Assembly: GCA_036645835.1 (NCBI GenBank)
Contig: JAVXNK010000004.1
Coordinates: forward strand, 29,193-93,192
Direction: 5' to 3'
Length of the DNA stretch: 64,000 nucleotides
Source: Angelakisella sp.
GTDB taxonomy: Bacteria; Bacillota; Clostridia; Oscillospirales; Ruminococcaceae
How positions within the stretch are numbered: the stretch's first letter is position 1; each line of letters begins with the position of its first letter. The notes under the pieces were generated by a model. It saw only the letters and a program-made list of their open reading frames with translations, did not search any database and had not been told where the DNA came from. Positions 57,182 to 64,000 of this stretch are shown here, piece by piece. The position numbers and the translations under genes are program-made.

Positions 57182-58489
57182 TTAACGAATGGTATCGATA
57201 TACTTCTGCATAGAGGCAACAGCACGCTCGGCTATGACCGTGTACCGTGCTTCCTTACCCTTTACTATCTCCCCGAGAGGGGGAAGTATCCCCATGTTGC
57301 AGCCCATGGGCTGAAAGTCCTCCACTGTGGGATTGCTGATATACCTGCAAAGGGCTCCCAACATGGTATCCGCAGGAGGAGGCTCTATCTCACGGCGGTC
57401 AAGCCGTGCTGCAACGGCATGTCCTGCCAGAATACCGCTGGCCGCCGACTCAATGTAGCCTTCTACACCGGTAATCTGCCCCGCAAAAGAAATTCTAGGC
57501 TCCTTTATTAGGTTAAAGGTGCCGGAAAGTAGCCTGGGGGAATCGATAAAGGTGTTGCGGTGCATGACACCGTAGCGAGCAAACTCTGCATTTTCAAGCC
57601 CGGGTATCATGGAGAACACCCGTCTCTGTTCGGGAAAACGCAGGTTGGTTTGAAAGCCTACCAGATTATAAAGGGTACCTGCCTCATCCTCCCGACGAAG
57701 CTGTAAGTTTGCCCAAGGTCGGTGTCCTGTTTTTGGGTCAATAATGCCCACTGGACGCATGGGGCCGTACCGAATGGTGTCCTGTCCTCTGCGCGCCATA
57801 ACCTCTATGGGCATGCAGCCCTCATAAACTTTGAAGTACTCCCGCTCGAAAGCATGAAGCTCCACCGTCTCTGCTGAAATGAGTGCCTCGTAGAAAGCCT
57901 CATATTCTTCCTTTGAGAAGGGACAGTTGATATAGTCTGCTTCACCGCGGTCATAGCGGGAAGCAAAAAATGTTCTTTCAGGGTCGATGGATGCCGCTGT
58001 TACAATGGGAGCGGAGGCATCATAAAAGCTGAGGTATTTTTGACCGCAAAGCTCCCCGATAGCATCCGAAAACGCCTTGGAGGTAAGCGGCCCTGTGGCA
58101 ATGATAACCTCGCCTTCGGGAATAGCTGTTACCTCCCCGCCAACTACTGTAATGAGCGGGTGACCCTTTACCTTTTCAGTGATAATATCGGAAAAACGCT
58201 CTCTGTCTACCGCCAGTGCACCCCCTGCCGAAACAGCCGACAGAGCGGCTGCCTCCAGTATAAGGGAACCCAGCATGCGCATCTCCTCCTTGAGTAGTCC
58301 CGCTGCCGAAGCCAAGCGGGTAGCTTTCAAGGAGTTTGAGCAGACCAATTCGCCAAAACCGCTGTAACTGTGGGCATCGGAGTATTTCTCCGGCTTCATC
58401 TCCCGCAGCGTAACAGCTATGCCCTTCTGTGCCAGTGTCCACGCAGCTTCACAGCCGGCAAGCCCTGCACCTATTACTGTAACCATCAT
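57182..58489 (-). CDS. trmFO: Folate-dependent tRNA m5U54 methyltransferase TrmFO
   Basis: GAGLAGCEAA, ELVCSNS, ALAVDR, GFQTNL, GVMHRN and GQITGVEGY motifs. Confidence 0.96.
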   Translation of the reverse strand: MMVTVIGAGLAGCEAAWTLAQKGIAVTLREMKPEKYSDAHSYSGFGELVCSNSLKATRLASAAGLLKEEMRMLGSLILEAAALSAVSAGGALAVDRERFSDIITEKVKGHPLITVVGGEVTAIPEGEVIIATGPLTSKAFSDAIGELCGQKYLSFYDASAPIVTAASIDPERTFFASRYDRGEADYINCPFSKEEYEAFYEALISAETVELHAFEREYFKVYEGCMPIEVMARRGQDTIRYGPMRPVGIIDPKTGHRPWANLQLRREDEAGTLYNLVGFQTNLRFPEQRRVFSMIPGLENAEFARYGVMHRNTFIDSPRLLSGTFNLIKEPRISFAGQITGVEGYIESAASGILAGHAVAARLDRREIEPPPADTMLGALCRYISNPTVEDFQPMGCNMGILPPLGEIVKGKEARYTVIAERAVASMQKYIDTIR

Positions 58490-60579
58490 TCAGTATCACC
58501 TTTAATATATCCACAGCCTTCTTTCAGGCAGTGAGTCTTTTTACCCTTTCCGCCGGTACGGAAGAGAGTGGCACCGCACTTGGGACAGCTGTCTGCAAGC
58601 GGTGTGTCCCATGTCATAAAAGCACACTTGGGGTTATCTTCACAGCCAAAGTAGCCGCGGCCTGCCTTAGACTTCTTGGCAAGTACTTTTTTGCCGCAAA
58701 GAGGACAGTTGCCGGGGGTTTCCTGTACCAGCTTTTTGGTGTTTTTACACTCGGGAAAGCCGGGGCAGGCTAAGAACTTTCCAAACCGCCCATGCTTAAT
58801 GACCATGTTTTTCCCGCATAGTTCGCAGATTTCGGTGGTTTCCTCGTCCGGCACCTTCATGCGGGTACCGTCCATGTTCTTTTCCGCCTGCTGCAGGGTA
58901 GCATCAAAGCCCTCGTAGAATTCTTCCATCATCTTTACCCAGTCCTGCTCACCGTCTTCTACCAGGTCCAGCTTGGTTTCCATACTGGCGGTGAAGTTGG
59001 CATCCACAATATCGGGGAACTGCTCCTTCATGAGCTTGGTAGTAACCTCACCAAGGGCAGTGGGCCGAAGAGCCTTCTGTTCCCGCTCCACATAGCCTCT
59101 GGCCTGTATGGTGGTAATAGTGGGAGCATAGGTGCTGGGACGTCCAATACCGTTTTCCTCCAGCTCCTTAATGAGAGAAGCTTCGGTATAGCGGGGTGGT
59201 GGCTGTGTGAAATGCTGGTTTGGCTGTATAACCTCGGCGGTAAGTATCTCTCCTTCGGAAAACTCAGGCAGACGGGTGCTTTCCTCCTCGGAATTGTCAC
59301 TGGATTCGGTATAAAGTGCTGTAAAGCCATCGAACTTTACAGTAAAGCCGGAAGCCTTAAACCAGTGGTTTTCTACAGCGATATCGGCAGAAACCGTATC
59401 CAGCAGTGCATCGGCCATCTGGCTTGCAATGAACCGTTCCCACACCAGCTTATAGATTTTAAACTGCTCGGCGGTAAGGTTTCCCTTTACCTTCTGGGGG
59501 GCCAGCTCTATCATAGTTGGGCGGATAGCTTCGTGCCCGTCCTGAACATTTTTCTTGGTGCGAAATACTCTGGGCTTAGGCAGAGCATAGCTCTCACCGA
59601 AAGAGGCACGGATATAGCTGTCAGCTTCCTTTAGCGCCTCGTCGGAGATGCGCAGAGAGTCGGTTCTCATATAAGTGATAAGACCCACTGCGCCCAGACC
59701 CTCAATCTCCACACCTTCGTATAGCTCTTGGGCTATCTTCATGGTGCGCTTGGCCTGATACCCCAGTTTTCGGGAAGCATCCTGCTGCAAGGTGGAGGTA
59801 ATGAAAGGCGGTGCAGGAGATTTTTTACGAACACCTTTTTTTACTGCAGAAATTACAAAAGGCTTATCCTTAATTTCGGACAGTATCTTGTCGGCTTCCT
59901 CGCCGGTGGCAATCTCCTTCTTTTTTCCGTTGCTGCCGTGGTACTTGGCGGCAAAGGGCTTTTTATCTTGACGGCTGCCTTCTTGCTTGGAAAGCTGGGC
60001 ATCTATGGACCAGTATTCTTCTGGGGTAAAGGCACGAATTTCCTCTTCCCTGTCCACAATCATACGTACGGAAACCGACTGTACCCGTCCTGCAGAAAGC
60101 TTGGGACGAATCTTCTTCCAAAGAAATGGGCTTATCTTATAGCCCACAATACGGTCCAGTATGCGGCGTGCCTGCTGGGCATCCACCAGCTGCATATCCA
60201 GTGTGCGGGGATGGTCCATACCATTCTTTACACCGCTTTTGGTGATTTCGGTAAAGGTAACACGGTTTTCCTGAGAGATATCCACACCCAGAATTTCTGC
60301 CAGATGCCAAGAGATAGCTTCTCCCTCACGGTCGGGGTCGGTTGCGAGATAGATCATATCGCTCTTCTTGGCTGCCGATTTCAGCTTTTTAATCAGATCT
60401 TCTTTACCCTTTATGGTTTCATACTTGGGCTGGAAGTGGTTCTCTACATCCACACCAATCTTGCTCTTGGGAAGGTCACGCACATGACCCATAGAAGCCA
60501 TGACCTCATAGCCGCTTCCAAGATATTTCTTAATTGTACCTGCTTTTGCAGGTGACTCCACGATAACTAGCTTTGACAT
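58486..60579 (-). CDS. topA: DNA topoisomerase I
   Basis: IVESPAK, ATDPDREGE, SAGRVQS, LITYMRTDS and GRPSTY motifs; C-terminal Zn ribbons. Confidence 0.98.
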   Translation of the reverse strand: MSKLVIVESPAKAGTIKKYLGSGYEVMASMGHVRDLPKSKIGVDVENHFQPKYETIKGKEDLIKKLKSAAKKSDMIYLATDPDREGEAISWHLAEILGVDISQENRVTFTEITKSGVKNGMDHPRTLDMQLVDAQQARRILDRIVGYKISPFLWKKIRPKLSAGRVQSVSVRMIVDREEEIRAFTPEEYWSIDAQLSKQEGSRQDKKPFAAKYHGSNGKKKEIATGEEADKILSEIKDKPFVISAVKKGVRKKSPAPPFITSTLQQDASRKLGYQAKRTMKIAQELYEGVEIEGLGAVGLITYMRTDSLRISDEALKEADSYIRASFGESYALPKPRVFRTKKNVQDGHEAIRPTMIELAPQKVKGNLTAEQFKIYKLVWERFIASQMADALLDTVSADIAVENHWFKASGFTVKFDGFTALYTESSDNSEEESTRLPEFSEGEILTAEVIQPNQHFTQPPPRYTEASLIKELEENGIGRPSTYAPTITTIQARGYVEREQKALRPTALGEVTTKLMKEQFPDIVDANFTASMETKLDLVEDGEQDWVKMMEEFYEGFDATLQQAEKNMDGTRMKVPDEETTEICELCGKNMVIKHGRFGKFLACPGFPECKNTKKLVQETPGNCPLCGKKVLAKKSKAGRGYFGCEDNPKCAFMTWDTPLADSCPKCGATLFRTGGKGKKTHCLKEGCGYIKGDTE

Positions 60580-60608
60580 TTCTTACCTACCTAAACTCAT
60601 ATTTGAAG

Positions 60609-61811
60609 TTATGCTTTTCGTATAAATCTGCGCCCTGCACAGGCATCTGCAAGCCCGAATATTTCAAGCTGGGTCAGCGATGCAAGGATGGACGGCACCG
60701 TCAGACCTGTTGCAAGGGCAATGGCGTCAGAGGTTACCGGCTGCCTGCTCAGCTGTTCCAGCACTCTGCGCTGGTTGTCACTCAGGTATGTGGGTACTGC
60801 CGGCATAGTATCTTCCAGCTGCACCTTAGCCTTTGCAGCTGGTTTGGGTTTCTTCTGTTCATTATATACAGTTGTGCCCGGAATATCAAATGAAATCTGC
60901 ACCGGCTCCTGGTGAGCGGCGGGCAGAAAGGAAATGTAAGGGTACTGGTCAATAACGTCCTGTGCACAGGTGACCAGCGTGGCACCCTGCCCGATAAGCC
61001 AGTTTGTAGCCTGTGACATCGGGGAGTATATCTCCCCCGGAACTGCAAACACATCTCTGTCCTGTGTCACGGCATGTCCCGCGGTAATAAGCGAGCCGCT
61101 GTGCCGGGTGCCCTCCACCACTACAACGCCAAGTGAAAGCCCTGAAATAATACGGTTACGTATGGGAAAATGAAACGGCAGCGGTGCCTCTCCCGGTGGA
61201 AATTCACTGACTACCGCACCCCCATTTTTCAGGATAAGTCCATGAAGCTCGGTATTGGATGTAGGATAGATAATATCAAGACCGTTCCCAAGCACTGCAA
61301 CCGTGCGTCCCCCCGCCTTAAGTGCGGCTATGTGGCTAATGGTATCAATGCCTGCGGCAAGACCGCTGATAATGGCTGTTCCGCGTACTGCAAGCTGGCG
61401 GGATAAATCATCGGCTACCTGTTTGCCGTAGTCGGTATACTTGCGAGTACCTACCATGCCTATGGCAGGCTGCTCATCTAACCCTTTTAGGCTTCCCAAA
61501 ACATAGAGCACCAAAGGCGGCGAGTATATGTTTCGCAGCCGCCTAGGGTAACTGTCATTGTCCGGGGTAAGCACGGTACATCCTAGGCGCAGTGCCTTAT
61601 CCAGTGCGTTTTCCGCTTCCCGCTCCAGCTGTTCCCTGCCCCGCAGCACCGAAGCCTCCCGCTTGGTAAGCAGGCGCAGACTATCCAGCTTAGCAGAGGG
61701 CATCTCTAAAAGGTTTGTAGGATGTTCTACTGCTTCCATAACTTTCTGGGCACGTATGGTGCCATAACCAAACACACGCTGAAACATCATCCAGTGCAGT
61801 GTTGCGCTCAT
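60609..61811 (-). CDS. dprA: DNA-processing protein DprA
   Basis: MVGTR, SGLAAGID, FPIRNRIISGL, SGSLITA and AVPG motifs; C-terminal winged helix. Confidence 0.95.
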   Translation of the reverse strand: MSATLHWMMFQRVFGYGTIRAQKVMEAVEHPTNLLEMPSAKLDSLRLLTKREASVLRGREQLEREAENALDKALRLGCTVLTPDNDSYPRRLRNIYSPPLVLYVLGSLKGLDEQPAIGMVGTRKYTDYGKQVADDLSRQLAVRGTAIISGLAAGIDTISHIAALKAGGRTVAVLGNGLDIIYPTSNTELHGLILKNGGAVVSEFPPGEAPLPFHFPIRNRIISGLSLGVVVVEGTRHSGSLITAGHAVTQDRDVFAVPGEIYSPMSQATNWLIGQGATLVTCAQDVIDQYPYISFLPAAHQEPVQISFDIPGTTVYNEQKKPKPAAKAKVQLEDTMPAVPTYLSDNQRRVLEQLSRQPVTSDAIALATGLTVPSILASLTQLEIFGLADACAGRRFIRKA

Positions 61812-61851
61812 ACTATGCCCTCCCTTGCTGTCCGTATTCGTAAGCTCTCAT

Positions 61852-62643
61852 TTACGGAAGCTTGGAAAGCTCCCATAGGAGTACTGCTGCCGCTGTGGCT
61901 GCATTTAAAGACTCTATTTCGGCAGTCATAGGGATGTAAAGACGGTGGCTGCAACACTCCAGCACCTGTGGACTGATGCCGTTTCCCTCGTTTCCGATAA
62001 CAACGGCAATACCGCTGCTGCCTTTGGAAAGCTCTGCGGGGGTAACAGCCTGGGAATCCAGCGCTGCACCGTACACAGTTACACCGTTTTCGGCAAGCTC
62101 TTTTGCTGTTTGCGGCAGGTTGTCTGTAATCCATATCTGCTGGCGGAAACAGCTACCCATGGTACTGCGCAGCACCTTGGGCGACCAAATGTCGGCACAG
62201 TCCTGTGACAGTATGATGCAGTGGGTACCAAATGCTTCGGCAGTTCGAATGATGCTACCCATATTGCCGGGGTCCTGAAGCCTATCCAGCAGCAAAAAGC
62301 TACCTCCCGCCCTCATATCGGGCGGTGTGCTTTCCGGCATGGCACAGATGCAGTATACCCCCTGCGCCGTTTGGGTTTGGGAAATGTGCTTTCCCAGCTG
62401 TGGGGTAATAACCGCCGAATAGGCCGCCTGTTCCCGAAGCGGCAACAGCTGTGTTTGCCATTTTCCCAGTGCTTCCTCGGTACAAAGCAACGTTTCTATG
62501 CGGACACCAGCCCGTGCCGCCTCACCGCAAAGCCGCATTCCTTCAAGGAAAATAAGCCCTTGCTTTCTGCGCTCCGAGGCGCTTTCTGCAAGAGCCTTAC
62601 AGCTCTTTATGATACTATTCTCTTTCGACGACAGTTGTTCCAT
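61852..62643 (-). CDS. TrmH/SpoU-family RNA methyltransferase
   Basis: QDPGNMGSIIRTA, IGNEGNG and ESLNAATA motifs. Confidence 0.93.
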   Translation of the reverse strand: MEQLSSKENSIIKSCKALAESASERRKQGLIFLEGMRLCGEAARAGVRIETLLCTEEALGKWQTQLLPLREQAAYSAVITPQLGKHISQTQTAQGVYCICAMPESTPPDMRAGGSFLLLDRLQDPGNMGSIIRTAEAFGTHCIILSQDCADIWSPKVLRSTMGSCFRQQIWITDNLPQTAKELAENGVTVYGAALDSQAVTPAELSKGSSGIAVVIGNEGNGISPQVLECCSHRLYIPMTAEIESLNAATAAAVLLWELSKLP

Positions 62644-62747
62644 TGTTCACCTCATGTACCGCTCACGGGTCATGTGCGAAACAGTTGTTACTACACAGCT
62701 CTATCGCCGTACACTAACAACTCCTTCTCACGCAAATATAAGGAAAG

Positions 62748-62776
62748 ACGCCCGCATCACTTCAAGACGCGGGCGT
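62748..62776 (-). terminator. Hairpin after rplT
   Basis: ACGCCCGC...GCGGGCGT followed by CTTT. Confidence 0.6.
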
Positions 62777-62789
62777 AAGTAGTTGCAAA

Positions 62790-63143
62790 TTACAGAGCCG
62801 CCTTCGCCTGATTTACAAGTGCAGCAAATGCAGCTGCATCATTGATAGCAAGCTCGGAAAGCATCTTACGGTTGAGGTTGATACCTGCCTTCTTCAGTCC
62901 GTTCATGAACTGAGAATAGTTCATGTCGTTCATGTGGCAACCAGCAGAAATACGGGTAATCCAGAGACGTCTAAAGTCTCTCTTCTTATGCTTTCTACCA
63001 GCAAAGGCATAGTTACCGGACTTCATAACGGCCTGTTTGGCCATTTTAAAGTGTGTGCTCTTAGCACCAAAGTATCCCTTGGCAAGCTTCAGTATCTTTT
63101 TTCTTCTCTTACGGGTCATCATCGCTCTTTTAACACGAGCCAT
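62790..63143 (-). CDS. rplT: 50S ribosomal protein L20
   Basis: [17 protein letters not shown] and NRKMLSELA motifs. Confidence 0.98.
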   Translation of the reverse strand: MARVKRAMMTRKRRKKILKLAKGYFGAKSTHFKMAKQAVMKSGNYAFAGRKHKKRDFRRLWITRISAGCHMNDMNYSQFMNGLKKAGINLNRKMLSELAINDAAAFAALVNQAKAAL

Positions 63144-63175
63144 ATCTATTTACCTCCATTTGTTCTTGTCTAAAA

Positions 63176-63379
63176 TTAGCTGTTGGGCAGAAGCAGGCGA
63201 ATTGCCTTCACGTTGGTCTTGTCTGCGTAGGTACCCATGCGCAGTCTTCTCTTAGTCTTGGTGGTTTTACCATGGCCGTTGAGTAGGTGACGCTTGTTGG
63301 CCTTTGCTCTCTTGATCTTTCCTGTTTTGGTGAGGCTAAAGCGCTTTTTTGCGCCGGAGTGAGTTTTCAGCTTTGGCAT
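63176..63379 (-). CDS. rpmI: 50S ribosomal protein L35
   Basis: [15 protein letters not shown]-terminus. Confidence 0.98.
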   Translation of the reverse strand: MPKLKTHSGAKKRFSLTKTGKIKRAKANKRHLLNGHGKTTKTKRRLRMGTYADKTNVKAIRLLLPNS

Positions 63380-63401
63380 TTCTTAAATCCTCCTAAATGT
63401 G

Positions 63402-63920
63402 TTACTTTGCAGTCTTTGCAGTTAGAAACATAATCATGCTGCGACCTTCCAGCTTCGGCATCTTTTCCACATTGCCGTATTCGGCGCATGCTTCCACAAA
63501 CTGTTTCATAATTCCGTTGCCAAGATGTGCATGCGCCATCTCTCTGCCGCGGAAACGGATAGATACCTTCACTTTGTCGCCGTCGGAGAGAAAGCGCTTG
63601 GCGTGTCCAACCTTTGTCTCAAAATCGTGGGTATCAATGTTGAGAGAAAGCCGTACTTCCTTGATATCAATTACCTTCTGGTTCTTTTTCGCTTCTTTTT
63701 CTCTCTTTGCCTGCTCAAAACGGAACTTACCGTAATCCATAATGCGGCAGACGGGCGGCGTGGCTTGAGGAGCAATCTTTACAAGGTCAAGGTTTTTTTC
63801 AATAGCCATATCCAGTGCGACCTTTGTCGACAGTATTCCCAGCTGAGAACCGTCGTCGCCGATTACTCTGAGCTCTTTGTCCCTGATCTCCTCATTAATC
63901 TGCAGTTCTTTGTTGCTAAT
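63402..63920 (-). CDS. infC: Translation initiation factor IF-3 (ATT start codon)
   Basis: The frame extends 37 codons upstream of the track start to an ATT at 63920, which follows GGAGGTG. INEEIR, PPVCRIMDYGK and GDKVKVSIRFRGRE motifs. Confidence 0.96.
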   Translation of the reverse strand: MSNKELQINEEIRDKELRVIGDDGSQLGILSTKVALDMAIEKNLDLVKIAPQATPPVCRIMDYGKFRFEQAKREKEAKKNQKVIDIKEVRLSLNIDTHDFETKVGHAKRFLSDGDKVKVSIRFRGREMAHAHLGNGIMKQFVEACAEYGNVEKMPKLEGRSMIMFLTAKTAK

Positions 63921-63949
63921 AGCAAAGCACCTCCATTTTCTTTTGGTTA

Positions 63950-63990
63950 AAAATTACAAAGCACGGACAACATACGTCACCCGTGCTCAA
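63950..63990 (-). promoter_or_regulatory. Attenuator hairpin, probable 3' end of an L20-leader-type element upstream of infC
   Basis: AGCACGG...CCGTGCT followed by TTGTAATTTTT, upstream of infC-rpmI-rplT; the rest lies outside the window. Confidence 0.55.
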
Positions 63991-64000
63991 TACTACAACA

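Noticed and set aside
1-64000. CRISPR arrays, IS elements, integrases, prophage, defence or toxin-antitoxin genes, rRNA and tRNA
   Set aside because: I found no spaced direct repeats and no transposase, recombinase or phage motifs. The intergenic gaps are short, and most are explained by promoters and terminators.

Overview
A 64-kb stretch of the core chromosome of a spore-forming, probably anaerobic Clostridia-class Firmicute. The Oscillospiraceae/Ruminococcaceae-like assignment is an inference from gene content and order. About 50 genes are present, nearly all on the minus strand. From left to right: cotJABC; mnmA; dedA-murJ-lepB; deoB, divergent from a nucleoside ABC importer (BMP lipoprotein, ATPase, 2 permeases) with two nucleoside hydrolases; cmk-like, trmB and DUF1836; asnS; a four-gene block (DUF1624, ZIP, metallophosphoesterase, GrpB); alr; a chromate transporter pair; hemZ-rel-recJ; cdaA-cdaR; a DivIVA-like protein; the complete rnfCDGEAB operon; efp; an endonuclease IV-like protein; yqeG; rpsU; leuS; rsfS; a nadD-yqeK fusion; yhbY; rdgB; ftsY-smc-radical SAM-rnc-plsX; trmFO-topA-dprA; a TrmH methylase; and infC-rpmI-rplT. 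I found no mobile element, integrase, CRISPR array, tRNA or rRNA, and no clear-cut new system. The best leads are: (i) an RnfG carrying two complete FMN-binding domains, next to a Gx-transporter gene; (ii) a nested, strand-specific RNA structure in the leader of the diadenylate cyclase gene cdaA; (iii) an unannotated 58-aa ORF with a strong RBS overlapping the alr tail; (iv) the DUF1624-ZIP-phosphoesterase-GrpB operon. All family calls come from motifs recognised by eye, not from database searches.
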